From: an uncultured Gammaproteobacteria bacterium
GTDB lineage: Bacteria; Patescibacteriota; Microgenomatia; Levybacterales; UBA12049
Direction: 5' to 3'
Assembly: GCA_964416445.1 (NCBI GenBank)
Contig: CAYQEE010000002.1
Span: 106,691 to 170,690, forward strand
DNA length: 64,000 nucleotides
The notes under the pieces are model-generated. The model worked only from the letters and a program-made list of their open reading frames with translations, ran no database searches and had not been told where the DNA came from. The translations under genes were made by a program, and so were the position numbers. This document shows, one piece after another, positions 22,017-32,280 of this stretch; the first letter of the stretch is position 1; every line of letters starts with the position of its first letter.

Positions 22017-23702
22017 TTATTCTAATCGTATTTCATGAACTGCAGCTCCACTTGGAACCATAGGAAATACTTTAGTTTCTTTTTTAACTTTTATTTCCAA
22101 AAGATATGGGTTTTTTGATGTAAATAATGTATCCAATGCTTTATCTAAATCACTTCTACGCTCTACTTTTTGTGCGTCGATATAGAATCCTTTTGCCACT
22201 GCGACGAAATCAGGATTTTGTAATTCTACAAAAGAATATCTATTATCAAAAAACATTTGTTGCCATTGACGCACCATTCCTAAAAAATTGTTATTTAAAA
22301 TAATGATTTTTACCGGAATTTGTTCTTGAGCAAGCGTTGCAAGTTCCTGAATATTCATTTGGAAACTACCATCTCCAATTATCGCGATTACTTCTCTATT
22401 TGGAGAGGCAACCTTTGCTCCTAGTGCTGCAGGTAATGCAAAACCCATTGTCCCTGCACCTCCAGAAGTAATAAAACTATCTGGTTTCTGAAATTTATAA
22501 TACCGAGCCGCAATCATTTGATGTTGCCCAACGTCAGCAACAACTATTGCCTCACCTTTGGTCTTTTCAGAAATACGATTAATGACTTCAGCCATAATAA
22601 TTTCGCCTTCTTTCGGATGAATCTCGCTTTCTATTACTTTTTTGTTTTCCTCATTATCATATTTTCTAAACTCGTTAAGCCATTCATCATGCCTATTTGG
22701 TTTACTATAGGAAATTAGTTCTTCAAGAGCAATTTTAGCATTAGATACTATGGGAACTTCAGCCCGAACATTTTTGTTTAGTTCTGCAGGATCGATATCA
22801 ATATGAATTATTTTTGCATGTCGTGCATAATCAGATAATCTTCCTGTCACACGATCATCAAACCTCATACCAACAGCAAGTATCACATCTGCCTTATTAG
22901 TGAGTACATTTGGACCATAATTACCATGCATACCCAACATACCAACGTATAATGGATGACCTACTGGAAAGGCAGATAGACCAAGCAAGGTCGAAGCTAC
23001 TGGAATTCCAGTTTTTTCAACAAATTTCTTTATCTCATTTTCAGCTTTTCCTATGAGAACACCATGGCCAATAAACATAAGTGGACGTTTTGCGGCATTG
23101 AGTAAATCAGATGCTAATTTAATTTGCTTGATGTTGGGTACCAAAGTTGGTTGATAACTTGGAATTCGCATTCGCTTTGGATAAGAAAAATTTAAAAGAT
23201 CTATTTGTGCACTTTTCGTAACATCAATCAATACTGGTCCTGGCCTCCCTGTTTTCGCAATATGAAACGCTTTTGCAAATACTTCAGGTATTTCAGAAAC
23301 TTTTGTAATTTGATAATTCCATTTGGTAATAGGGGTACTAATACCTATAATATCCGCTTCCTGAAATGCATCGGAACCCAATAAATTTTCTGCCACTTGA
23401 CCAGTGATACACACAAGAGGAACAGAATCCATCATTGCATCCATTATCGGAGTAATTAAATTTGTGGCACCAGGACCAGAAGTTACCAATACCACCCCTG
23501 GTTCACCAGTCATTCTTGCATAACCTTCTGCCGCATGTCCCGCACCTTGTTCATGACGGACTAAAATATGTCGAATTTTTTCTTTATAGTCATAGAGTGC
23601 GTCATACACAGGCATGATTGCCCCTCCAGGATATCCAAATATTACTTTTACTTTTTCTGCAAGCAACGATTCGATTATTGCATGCGATCCATTCATTTTC
23701 AT
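22017..23702 (-). CDS. ilvB: acetolactate synthase large subunit (ThDP-dependent)
   Basis: GYPGGAIMPVYDAL, GDGSFQMN ThDP motif. Start set at MKMNGSH (23702), because the longer ORF would run through the attenuator terminator. Confidence 0.9.
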   Translation of the reverse strand: MKMNGSHAIIESLLAEKVKVIFGYPGGAIMPVYDALYDYKEKIRHILVRHEQGAGHAAEGYARMTGEPGVVLVTSGPGATNLITPIMDAMMDSVPLVCITGQVAENLLGSDAFQEADIIGISTPITKWNYQITKVSEIPEVFAKAFHIAKTGRPGPVLIDVTKSAQIDLLNFSYPKRMRIPSYQPTLVPNIKQIKLASDLLNAAKRPLMFIGHGVLIGKAENEIKKFVEKTGIPVASTLLGLSAFPVGHPLYVGMLGMHGNYGPNVLTNKADVILAVGMRFDDRVTGRLSDYARHAKIIHIDIDPAELNKNVRAEVPIVSNAKIALEELISYSKPNRHDEWLNEFRKYDNEENKKVIESEIHPKEGEIIMAEVINRISEKTKGEAIVVADVGQHQMIAARYYKFQKPDSFITSGGAGTMGFALPAALGAKVASPNREVIAIIGDGSFQMNIQELATLAQEQIPVKIIILNNNFLGMVRQWQQMFFDNRYSFVELQNPDFVAVAKGFYIDAQKVERRSDLDKALDTLFTSKNPYLLEIKVKKETKVFPMVPSGAAVHEIRLE

Positions 23703-23728
23703 AAAAAAAATCCCCGCTGTAAGCGGGG
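23703..23728 (-). terminator. ilvB attenuator terminator CCCCGCUUACAGCGGGG-U8, abutting the ilvB ATG
   Basis: Perfect 6-bp GC stem plus 8 U on the minus strand. An alternative pairing is available with the upstream GCGGGG segment (23757-23771). Confidence 0.65.
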
Positions 23729-23763
23729 TTAAGTTTGTTTGCTCCAAGCAATCAAACCCCGCG

Positions 23764-23811
23764 TTAAGGGGTAATGACGACAAGGAGTTTAAGTGTGCTT
23801 TTCAATATCAT
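23764..23811 (-). CDS. branched-chain leader peptide MILKSTLKLLVVITP (ilvB leader, 15 aa)
   Basis: Regulatory run LLVVIT. The stop codon lies inside segment CCCCUUAACGCGGGG. Confidence 0.65.
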   Translation of the reverse strand: MILKSTLKLLVVITP

Positions 23812-23817
23812 ACGTTT

Positions 23818-23846
23818 ATTCTAACAAATAGCGTTTTTGTCGTCAA
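23818..23846 (-). promoter_or_regulatory. sigma70-type promoter TTGACG-N17-TAGAAT for the ilvB leader
   Basis: Hexamers read on the minus strand. -10 ends 6 nt before the leader ATG. Confidence 0.5.
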
Positions 23847-23858
23847 TAAGTGTTTGGA

Positions 23859-23887
23859 TTGACTTTGCTACCCATTAGAAGTAAACT
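23859..23887 (+). promoter_or_regulatory. candidate promoter TTGACT-N17-TAAACT for the suf operon
   Basis: In the divergent ilvB/suf intergenic region. AGGAGGG RBS at 23902-23908, then the GTG start at 23915. Confidence 0.4.
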
Positions 23888-23914
23888 TACACTACATTTT
23901 TAGGAGGGTACTAA

Positions 23915-24181
23915 GTGGAAAATAATACAACTCAAAAAACTCAGCGCTCCCCGTATGTTTTATCTAAATTTGATCTTCTTGGAACAATTTTAGAAGAGTG
24001 TCCAAGGGCAGCAGAATTATTAGCTGAATACGGGTTACATTGTATCAGTTGTTTTGCAAATCAGTTTGATACGTTAGAAATGGGTGCACAAGTACATGGG
24101 ATGACCGATGACGATCTTAACGATATGGTAAATGAAATTAATACTGAATTAGAACTCGAATGGAGACAGGGAAAATTATGA
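23915..24181 (+). CDS. small DUF1858-like protein (CxxC-containing), first gene of the suf cluster
   Basis: GTG start preceded by AGGAGGG. LSKFDLLGTILEECPRAAELLAEYGLHCISC resembles the DUF1858 family. The assignment is weak. Confidence 0.45.
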   Translation: MENNTTQKTQRSPYVLSKFDLLGTILEECPRAAELLAEYGLHCISCFANQFDTLEMGAQVHGMTDDDLNDMVNEINTELELEWRQGKL

Positions 24182-24927
24182 AAGCGTTAAAAATTACTGA
24201 TTTACATGTACAAACACTCGATGGGAAAAAAATATTAAACGGTGTTAATCTTGAAATAAAAACTGGTGAAATTCATGCTATTATGGGTCCGAACGGCGGT
24301 GGTAAATCAACATTCTCTCAAGTGCTCATGGGTCATCCCGGGTATGTTGTCACCCAAGGGACAATAGTTATTGATGGTATTGACATTACGTCTCTCTCCC
24401 CTGATCAACGAGCTAAACACGGGCTTTTCCTCGGTTTTCAATATCCAGTTGAAGTTGCTGGGGTTAACTTTGCAAACTATCTGAGACTCGCAATGAACGA
24501 GCAACGAAAAGAGCACGAGAAGAAGATTTCCCCAATCGCTTTTCGAAAACTTCTGGCTGAAAAAGCACAACCCTTAATGTTCAATGAGGATATTGCAAAA
24601 CGAATGCTCAATGAAGGGTTTTCGGGAGGTGAAAAGAAAAAATCAGAAATACTCCAATTAGCTATTTTGCAACCTGATTTTGCTATATTAGATGAACCAG
24701 ATTCTGGACTCGATATTGACGCCTTACGATACATTGCTAATAGTATAAATGCAATGAAGAGCAGTCTGGGATTGATTCTAATAACACATTATCAGAGGAT
24801 TCTTCGTTATATCAATCCACAATTTGTCCATATTATGATCAAAGGGAAACTTGTAGAATCAGGAAGTGGGAATCTTGCAAAAGAAATAGAAGAAAAAGGA
24901 TATGAAAATTACATTCAAAGTAATTAA
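24178..24927 (+). CDS. sufC: Fe-S cluster assembly ATPase
   Basis: GPNGGGKST Walker A, ABC signature, Walker [14 protein letters not shown] overlap with the upstream gene. Confidence 0.9.
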   Translation: MKALKITDLHVQTLDGKKILNGVNLEIKTGEIHAIMGPNGGGKSTFSQVLMGHPGYVVTQGTIVIDGIDITSLSPDQRAKHGLFLGFQYPVEVAGVNFANYLRLAMNEQRKEHEKKISPIAFRKLLAEKAQPLMFNEDIAKRMLNEGFSGGEKKKSEILQLAILQPDFAILDEPDSGLDIDALRYIANSINAMKSSLGLILITHYQRILRYINPQFVHIMIKGKLVESGSGNLAKEIEEKGYENYIQSN

Positions 24928-24932
24928 TTACT

Positions 24933-26336
24933 ATGGCATTGAACAAACAACCAGTTATCAAAGACTCTTATAAATTTGGTTTTCACAAACCAGAACTTTC
25001 TGTTTTTAAAACGCCAAAAGGATTAAATCCACAAGTAGTTGAAGCAATCTCTTACTTCAAGAAGGAACCCGCATGGATGCTAAAATTTCGACTCGATGCC
25101 TTGAAGATATTTGAGCAAAAACAGCTTCCAACATGGGGAGCAGATTTATCTGGAATTAATTTTAATGATATTTACTATTATATTAGTCCGTCAGAAAAAA
25201 AATTTCATACCTGGGACGAGGTTCCAAATGATATCAAAGACACTTATGATAAGATTGGAATACCGCAAGCTGAACGTAAGTTTTTAGCAGGTGTTGGGGC
25301 ACAATGGGATTCTGAAGTCATCTATCATAATTTAAAAACACAATGGGAAAACCAAGGTGTTATCTTTACTGATACTGATACTGCCCTTCAAAAGTATCCT
25401 GATATTTTTAAACATTATTTCGGAACTATTATCCCTCCATATGATAATAAGCTTGCAGCACTTAATTCAGCAGTTTGGAGTGGAGGTTCATTTATCTATG
25501 TACCAAAAGGTATTCATGTCGAAATTCCTTTACAAGCATATTTTAGGATAAATGCAAATAATATGGGGCAATTCGAAAGAACACTCATCATTGCAGAAGA
25601 AGGAAGTTACGTACATTACGTCGAGGGATGCACGAGCCCAATTTATACAACTGACTCCTTACACGCTGCTGTTGTTGAAATTATTGTCAAAAAAGGAGCT
25701 CGAGTTCGCTATACAACAATACAAAACTGGTCAAATAACGTTTATAACCTCGTAACAAAACGTATGAAAGTTGAAGAAGAAGGAATTGGAGAATGGATCG
25801 ATGGAAATTTAGGTTCCAAAATCACAATGAAGTACCCTTCTGTATTTTTAACAGGAAAAGGAGCTAAAGGAGAGGTACTATCACTCGCATTTGCTGGGAA
25901 AGGACAACACCAAGATGCAGGAGGAAAAGCATTTCATCTTGCTCCTTATACAACAAGCACTATTACCTCTAAATCGGTTAGTATGGGCGGAGGCAGAGCA
26001 AGTTATCGAGGAATGATAAAAATATTGAATGGTGCAAAAGGAAGTAAATCATTTGTGCGATGTGATGCATTACTCCTCGATGAACTCTCTCGTTCAGATA
26101 CATATCCTACTAATATTGTGAATGAACAAGATATTACTCTTGGACATGAAGCATCAGTCAGTAAAGTTGGTCAAGAACAACTTTTTTATCTTATGTCACG
26201 AGGTTTATCTGAGGCAGAAGCAACATCATTAATTGTTAATGGATTCATTGAACCTATTGTTAAAGAACTTCCTTTAGAATATGCTGTTGAACTGAACAGG
26301 CTTATTGAACTTTCAATGGAAGGAGCTGTTGGGTAA
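24933..26336 (+). CDS. sufB: Fe-S cluster assembly scaffold protein
   Basis: 467 aa with the SufB/SufD beta-helix core. Confidence 0.9.
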   Translation: MALNKQPVIKDSYKFGFHKPELSVFKTPKGLNPQVVEAISYFKKEPAWMLKFRLDALKIFEQKQLPTWGADLSGINFNDIYYYISPSEKKFHTWDEVPNDIKDTYDKIGIPQAERKFLAGVGAQWDSEVIYHNLKTQWENQGVIFTDTDTALQKYPDIFKHYFGTIIPPYDNKLAALNSAVWSGGSFIYVPKGIHVEIPLQAYFRINANNMGQFERTLIIAEEGSYVHYVEGCTSPIYTTDSLHAAVVEIIVKKGARVRYTTIQNWSNNVYNLVTKRMKVEEEGIGEWIDGNLGSKITMKYPSVFLTGKGAKGEVLSLAFAGKGQHQDAGGKAFHLAPYTTSTITSKSVSMGGGRASYRGMIKILNGAKGSKSFVRCDALLLDELSRSDTYPTNIVNEQDITLGHEASVSKVGQEQLFYLMSRGLSEAEATSLIVNGFIEPIVKELPLEYAVELNRLIELSMEGAVG

Positions 26337-26360
26337 TATATTACTCATGATGTATCTTCT

Positions 26361-26927
26361 ATGTATAACGAAATTACTATAGAGAAAGAACAACATGTCA
26401 CTATTCCTATCCTTTGGACAGGAGAAGAAACGAATCTATCGTATTCCATTATACTTAATGGTCGTGGAGGAAAAGTAACATTTCTTGCATTGCTTTTAGG
26501 GAATAATGCGGACAATTTAACTCTGGAAACAAAAGTATACCATCAGGCACAGGATACCAAAAGTGAAATTATTGTGAGAAGTACTTTAACTGATCGTGCA
26601 CAAGTAAATTTTAACGGATTAGTATCCATAGCTCATGGCGCTAAAGGGACAAATGCATGGCTAGCAGCTCATATTTTATTGCTTTCTGATAAAGCAAAAG
26701 GTCAAGCTATTCCTAGTTTAGAAATACTGGAGAATGATATTAAAGCAGGCCACGCAACAACTGTAGGAAGAGTCCATGATAACGAACTTTTTTATCTCAT
26801 GTCACGAGGCATACCAAAACAAAAAGCAAAAGAGTTAATTGTTGAAGGTTTTTTGGAAAGTATGCTTACTCTTTTCCCAAATAAACTCGCAGAAAGAGCA
26901 AGAAAGGAACTACAAACGCATGAATAA
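26361..26927 (+). CDS. sufD: SufD-like protein, truncated (188 aa; only the C-terminal beta-helix/helical part)
   Basis: Paralogous to the sufB C-terminus (FYLMSRGIP shared), but less than half the usual SufD length. Confidence 0.65.
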   Translation: MYNEITIEKEQHVTIPILWTGEETNLSYSIILNGRGGKVTFLALLLGNNADNLTLETKVYHQAQDTKSEIIVRSTLTDRAQVNFNGLVSIAHGAKGTNAWLAAHILLLSDKAKGQAIPSLEILENDIKAGHATTVGRVHDNELFYLMSRGIPKQKAKELIVEGFLESMLTLFPNKLAERARKELQTHE

Positions 26928-28155
26928 GGCAATTTTTAACAACATAAAAGATGATTTTCCTATCTTTTCTCATTATCCAAACTTGATTTACTTGGACAAT
27001 GCAGCCACTTCACAAAAACCAAAATCAGTTATTAACGCAGTCAGTACATTCTACCAGCGGCATAATGCAAATATTCATAGGGGGATTTACTCATTAAGCC
27101 AAGATGCGACACATTTATTTGAACAAACACGGAATCAAGTAGCTCAATTTATTGGAGTAACTAATTCTCAGGAAATTGTTTTCACCGGTAATGCGTCAGA
27201 AGCAATCAATGTTGTTGCCTATGGATGGGCAAGAAAACAATTACAAAAAGGAGACATTATTATCACCACTGAGATGGAACATCACTCAAACATTGTCCCC
27301 TGGCAGCGGCTGAAAGACGAAATAGGAATTCAGTTAGTTTTTCTTCCCATAGGACCAGACTATAAGCTTGATTATAAAAAGTTAAAAGATATGTCTATTG
27401 CTTTAGACAAAATTAAACTTTTAGCAATTTCTCATGCATCAAATGTATTAGGTGTTATTAATCCCATAAATGAAATAATAACCTACTTGAAACAAATTGG
27501 TGTTCATACTAAAGTATTGGTTGATGCGGCTCAATCTATTCCCCACTTACCTATTAATGTCAATAATCTAGGATGTGATTTTCTCGTTTTTTCATCACAT
27601 AAAATGCTCGGTCCTTCAGGTGTTGGCGTACTTTGGGGAAAGAAAGAACTGCTTCTTGAGACAGATCCTTTCTTTGTTGGAAGCCATATGATTCGTAGCG
27701 TTACCAAGGAAAAAGCTACTTGGGCAGATCTTCCCGATAAATTCGAAACAGGAACTCGCAATTTAGAGGGAGTAATTGGACTAGGGGCAGCTATCAAATA
27801 CTTACAATCTGTTGACATGGAAGTTTTAATGAAACATGAACTAGATTTAACAGACTATTCGCTTCAATTATTACAAAAGATTAAAGATATTAAGGTATAT
27901 GGGCCCCAAACCTCTACCAATAGATTAGGAGTATTTTCATTTAACATTGCAAATATTCATGCACATGATGTTGCCGAGATACTCAATAGACATCATATTG
28001 CAGTACGTTCAGGACACCATTGCGCACAAACAGTTATGCAATTCATTAATGAACCAGCAACTATTCGAGCATCGTTCTATCTCTACAATACAAAAAGGGA
28101 TATTGAAAAATTAATAGAAGGAATTGAAAATGTTAAAAAAATATTTAGTTTATGA
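26920..28155 (+). CDS. sufS: cysteine desulfurase
   Basis: SHKMLGPSGVGVLWG PLP-lysine motif and catalytic Cys in RSGHHCAQ. Start MNKAIF at 26920 overlaps the sufD stop. Confidence 0.9.
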   Translation: MNKAIFNNIKDDFPIFSHYPNLIYLDNAATSQKPKSVINAVSTFYQRHNANIHRGIYSLSQDATHLFEQTRNQVAQFIGVTNSQEIVFTGNASEAINVVAYGWARKQLQKGDIIITTEMEHHSNIVPWQRLKDEIGIQLVFLPIGPDYKLDYKKLKDMSIALDKIKLLAISHASNVLGVINPINEIITYLKQIGVHTKVLVDAAQSIPHLPINVNNLGCDFLVFSSHKMLGPSGVGVLWGKKELLLETDPFFVGSHMIRSVTKEKATWADLPDKFETGTRNLEGVIGLGAAIKYLQSVDMEVLMKHELDLTDYSLQLLQKIKDIKVYGPQTSTNRLGVFSFNIANIHAHDVAEILNRHHIAVRSGHHCAQTVMQFINEPATIRASFYLYNTKRDIEKLIEGIENVKKIFSL

Positions 28156-28526
28156 ACAACGTACATGATACTCTTTATAGAGAAATTATATTAGAGCATT
28201 GGAAGAATCCATTAAACTATGGGGTTATAATAAATGCGACAATTGATATCACCGATAATAATCCACTCTGTGGAGATTCTATTAGAATTACAGCAAATTT
28301 TTCTAAAGATAATCTGACTGAAATTAAATTTACTTCTGAAGGTTGCGCAATTTCAAAAGCATCAGCCTCAATTTATACCGAAATGATAAAAAATAAATCA
28401 ATAGAAAAGCTCACATTAATAACAGAACATGCAATCCTCAATGAGCTAGGGGTAAGCTTAACTCCAGCTAGAAAAAAGTGTGCTCTGTTAGCCTATCGAA
28501 CTTTTCTAAAGGCCATAAAATCATAA
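28152..28526 (+). CDS. sufU: SufU-type sulfur transfer / Fe-S scaffold-like protein
   Basis: NPLCGDSI, SEGCAISKASAS and KKCALLAYRT motifs of the IscU/SufU family. Confidence 0.8.
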   Translation: MNNVHDTLYREIILEHWKNPLNYGVIINATIDITDNNPLCGDSIRITANFSKDNLTEIKFTSEGCAISKASASIYTEMIKNKSIEKLTLITEHAILNELGVSLTPARKKCALLAYRTFLKAIKS

Positions 28527-28584
28527 TCTCATACTATCTTATAGATTTGCCTGTAATAGATAAATATGTTATATCATAGGTAAG

Positions 28585-29184
28585 ATGGTAGTTTCGCAAG
28601 AATATTTACAAAATAGACTTCCATTTACTCCGGCAGGTAGCAATCATATTACCCATTCAATTATTTGGCCGCTCCCAAAAACACATACATCCGAAAGAAC
28701 ATTTTTAGCTATGCATGCTCACACGGCTAGACTGTCATCGTTACCTTTAAGACGAGATCATATCATGAGTATCTTACAGCAGGAAGCCAAACCATATGTG
28801 CCCCATACAGAAGTGTTATATAAAAAATATGAAGGAGGTACGGTAAAAGAAGAAACGCATCCTAATTTAGTTGGTTTAAAAAGATTTACCTCTGCAGAGG
28901 AATATGTACAAATTGGAAATGATACATTTATTCATCAAACAGATACTTTACTAAGTACTAATTCAGACAGTATTCACCCGATAGGAATTCGGCATACACG
29001 AAGAATGTTTAATCCTGAGGAATCATTCGAAATAGTGGAATATCCCAAGGGAGCAAGATACGAATTACATGGATCTCCCGATCAAGCGACGTTAGTTATT
29101 CTGTATGACCTTCCCACAGCTCAAGCTATTAATGCACCAACGCTTTTTAGGCCTCCTCTACCGAGAGAGTCATGCAGAAGATAA
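28585..29184 (+). CDS. hypothetical His-rich protein
   Basis: 199-aa ORF with no recognisable family. Slightly GC-richer than its surroundings. Convergent with leuB, overlapping it by 15 nt. Confidence 0.35.
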   Translation: MVVSQEYLQNRLPFTPAGSNHITHSIIWPLPKTHTSERTFLAMHAHTARLSSLPLRRDHIMSILQQEAKPYVPHTEVLYKKYEGGTVKEETHPNLVGLKRFTSAEEYVQIGNDTFIHQTDTLLSTNSDSIHPIGIRHTRRMFNPEESFEIVEYPKGARYELHGSPDQATLVILYDLPTAQAINAPTLFRPPLPRESCRR

Positions 29185-30249
29185 ATTTTCAAGAAATTCT
29201 ACTATTCTATCACCTACCACGGCGGTTGAAATAATTTTATTTTGTGCAGAAGTAATATCTCTTGTTCCATGTCCTTCAGTCAGTAACATCTGTACTGCAT
29301 TATAAATAGCATTTCGTTCATTTACTAAACCAAAACTATACTCCAACATCATTGCAGCTGATAAGATACAACCAATAGGATTGGCTATATTTTTCCCTGC
29401 TGCTTTTGGAAAAGATCCATGAATTGGTTCGAATAATGAAGTCTTCAATCCAATCGAAGCTGATGGTAATAAGCCGATAGAACCACTAATAACTGATGCC
29501 TCGTCAGTTAAAATATCACCAAACATATTTTCAGTAACTATGACATCAAATTCCCTTGGTCTTTTAATTATTTGCATTGCTGCATTATCAACAAACATAA
29601 AATCTACAAGAATATCAGAGTAATCATGCATCATAGATTGTACTGTTTCACGCCATAACCGTGAGGTTTCCAAAACATTCGCTTTATCTACGACAGTTAA
29701 TTTTTTCTTTCTTCTCTTGGCTAATTGAAACGCATAGGTAACAACACGCTGAATTTCATCTCTCGTGTATTCAGAAGTATCATACGCACTCGTCCGATTC
29801 TCATTTCTTCCTCGTTTACCGAAATATATTCCTCCAATAAGTTCTCGTATGACAATAAAATCAACTGCTTGAATAATTTCTTCTTTTAATGGTGAACGAG
29901 AAAGAAAGTTTCTAAAAGTAAATATGGGACGGATATTTGCATATAAACCTAAGTTCTTTCTCATTGCAAGTAATCCTTGTTCGGGACGAATTGCAATTTT
30001 TGGATCATTATCATACTTAGGATCTCCTATGGCTCCAAAGAGTATTGCATCTGATGTTTCACAAATTTCTCTCGTCTCCTCAGGATATGGACTACCTGTT
30101 TTATCAATCGCTATTGCACCTATTAATCCATCCACAAAGGTGAATTCATGATGATATTTTTGGGCAATTTTTTTTAAAACCTTTATAGCTTGTTGGGTAA
30201 TCTCAGGTCCAATACCATCACCAGGAAGAACTGCAATTATTTTTTTCAT
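29170..30249 (-). CDS. leuB: 3-isopropylmalate dehydrogenase
   Basis: AVLPGDGIGPE and NLFGDILTDEAS motifs. Confidence 0.9.
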   Translation of the reverse strand: MKKIIAVLPGDGIGPEITQQAIKVLKKIAQKYHHEFTFVDGLIGAIAIDKTGSPYPEETREICETSDAILFGAIGDPKYDNDPKIAIRPEQGLLAMRKNLGLYANIRPIFTFRNFLSRSPLKEEIIQAVDFIVIRELIGGIYFGKRGRNENRTSAYDTSEYTRDEIQRVVTYAFQLAKRRKKKLTVVDKANVLETSRLWRETVQSMMHDYSDILVDFMFVDNAAMQIIKRPREFDVIVTENMFGDILTDEASVISGSIGLLPSASIGLKTSLFEPIHGSFPKAAGKNIANPIGCILSAAMMLEYSFGLVNERNAIYNAVQMLLTEGHGTRDITSAQNKIISTAVVGDRIVEFLENLSSA

Positions 30250-30255
30250 ACGCTC

Positions 30256-30870
30256 TTAATAGGATATTGAATAGTCATTTTCTCTTGTTTTTTCAAACTC
30301 TTCAATTTTTGTTTTCATACTAAGTATATAGTCAATATCATCATACCCATTCATAACACATATTTTTTTATATGGATTCAAATCAAAATGCTCATACATG
30401 TTCATTGAGGGAATGCCAACAACTTGTTTGTCTACATTAATATCAATTATTGTTTTGGAGTCATGTAGTATAGTATTAAATAACTCGTTAAGAAAGTTCT
30501 GAGAGACCTGGACAGGTAATAAACTATTATTAAGCGCGTTATTCTTGAAAATATCTGCAAAGTAACTTGAAATTACCGCTTTAAATCCATAATCGGCTAA
30601 AGCCCACGCCGCATGTTCTCTACTCGACCCACATCCAAAGTTATATCCTGCAACCAGAATTTCACCAGTATAATCTGGATGATTAAGAATAAAGTGTGGT
30701 TTCGGATTCCCATCCATATCATATCGCCAATCTCGAAAAACATTTAATCCAAAACCTTCACGAGAAGTTGCTTTTAAAAAACGTGCAGGAATAATTTGAT
30801 CTGTATCAACATTCTCCATTTGTAATGGAACTGCTGTTGAAGTAATTTTAGACAATTGTTTTCTTTTCAT
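30256..30870 (-). CDS. leuD: 3-isopropylmalate dehydratase small subunit
   Basis: Aconitase swivel-domain motifs GCGSSREHA. Confidence 0.9.
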   Translation of the reverse strand: MKRKQLSKITSTAVPLQMENVDTDQIIPARFLKATSREGFGLNVFRDWRYDMDGNPKPHFILNHPDYTGEILVAGYNFGCGSSREHAAWALADYGFKAVISSYFADIFKNNALNNSLLPVQVSQNFLNELFNTILHDSKTIIDINVDKQVVGIPSMNMYEHFDLNPYKKICVMNGYDDIDYILSMKTKIEEFEKTRENDYSISY

Positions 30871-32276
30871 ATCATATCCCTGACATCAGTCACATATCCC
30901 GTTATTGCAGCAGCCGCAGCAGTTATTGGGCTAGCAAGGAATGTTCTCGCTCCCGGGCCTTGTCTACCCTGGAAATTTCTGTTTGAGGTTGAAATACAAT
31001 ATTTGCCTGTTGGGATTTTGTCATCATTCATGCCTAAACAAGCAGAGCATCCCGAACCACGCACATCAAAACCAGCTTCAAGAAAAATTTTATCTAATCC
31101 TTCTTTTCTTACTTGTGCTTCAACTTGTTTTGAGCCAGGCACAACAAGAACAGTCACATCACGAGGCTTTTTCTTTCCTTTTACGATTTGCGCTACCATT
31201 CGAAAATCTTCTATTCGAGAATTGGTACAACTACCAAGAAAAACATAATCTACCTTTTGTCCAATCATTTTTTTCCCGGGCTGTAAACCCATATAAGTCA
31301 TTGCTTTACGAAAACTCTCCTGCTGTGAACTGGTTTCAAATATATCTTCTGTTGGAATAGTTTTTGTAATTCCCATGCCCATTCCAGGATTAGTTCCATA
31401 TGTTATCATCGGTTCGATATCCTTTGCATCTATAGATATTTGCTTATCATAAATTGCTCCTTTATCTGTTCTTAACGATCTCCAATAAGTAACAGCTTGA
31501 TTCCAAGCTTCGCCTTTTGGCATAAATTTGCGATTTTTCATATATGCAAATGTTGTATCATCGGGAGCAATCAATCCACCTCGCGCTCCCATTTCTATAC
31601 TCATATTACAAATAGTCATTCGTGCTTCCATCGATAAACTTTCAATAGCTGAACCTGAATATTCAACAAAGTACCCTGTACCTCCTGCTGTGGAGATTTT
31701 TGAGATGATATAAAGAATAATATCTTTAGAAACAACGCCCTTCCCTAATTTACCTTCAATTTTGATATTCATTGTTTTTGGTTTATATTGCAAAATTGAT
31801 TGAGTAGCCAATACTTGCTCAACTTCACTTGTTCCTATTCCAAAGGCAATACATCCAAACGCCCCATGTGTCGATGTATGACTATCCCCACACACAACTG
31901 TCATTCCTGGTTTGGTTATACCGAGTTCAGGACCAATAACATGAACTATTCCTTGATAAGGGTGTCCTAATCCATAAAGTTCTACTTGAAAATCTTCACA
32001 ATTTTTCTTTAACATCTCAACTTGTCTTCTTGATAATTCTTCGCGAATTGGTTTATCTTGATCTTTGGTTGGAACATTATGATCCATCGTAGCCCATGTC
32101 CTTTTGGTCCGAAAAACAGGAATACCTCGCTTACGTAAGCCTGAAAATGCTTGCGGGCTTGTCACTTCATGAACGAGATGCGCATCGATATAAAGAATTG
32201 CTGGATAGTCTTCTTTTTGAAATACTACATGGCTGTTCCAAATTTTTTCAAAAAGTGTTTTCGGTTCACTTTGCAT
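30867..32276 (-). CDS. leuC: 3-isopropylmalate dehydratase large subunit
   Basis: Aconitase family with CGDSHT, GSCTNSR and CSACLG motifs. Confidence 0.9.
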   Translation of the reverse strand: MQSEPKTLFEKIWNSHVVFQKEDYPAILYIDAHLVHEVTSPQAFSGLRKRGIPVFRTKRTWATMDHNVPTKDQDKPIREELSRRQVEMLKKNCEDFQVELYGLGHPYQGIVHVIGPELGITKPGMTVVCGDSHTSTHGAFGCIAFGIGTSEVEQVLATQSILQYKPKTMNIKIEGKLGKGVVSKDIILYIISKISTAGGTGYFVEYSGSAIESLSMEARMTICNMSIEMGARGGLIAPDDTTFAYMKNRKFMPKGEAWNQAVTYWRSLRTDKGAIYDKQISIDAKDIEPMITYGTNPGMGMGITKTIPTEDIFETSSQQESFRKAMTYMGLQPGKKMIGQKVDYVFLGSCTNSRIEDFRMVAQIVKGKKKPRDVTVLVVPGSKQVEAQVRKEGLDKIFLEAGFDVRGSGCSACLGMNDDKIPTGKYCISTSNRNFQGRQGPGARTFLASPITAAAAAITGYVTDVRDMI

Positions 32277-32280
32277 ATTA

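Noticed and set aside
22017-23783. Longer ilvB ORF starting at 23783 (MSSLPLNAGF...)
   Set aside because: The N-terminal extension would be translated across the attenuator terminator and leader-peptide stop region. The Met at 23702 gives a normal ALS N-terminus.
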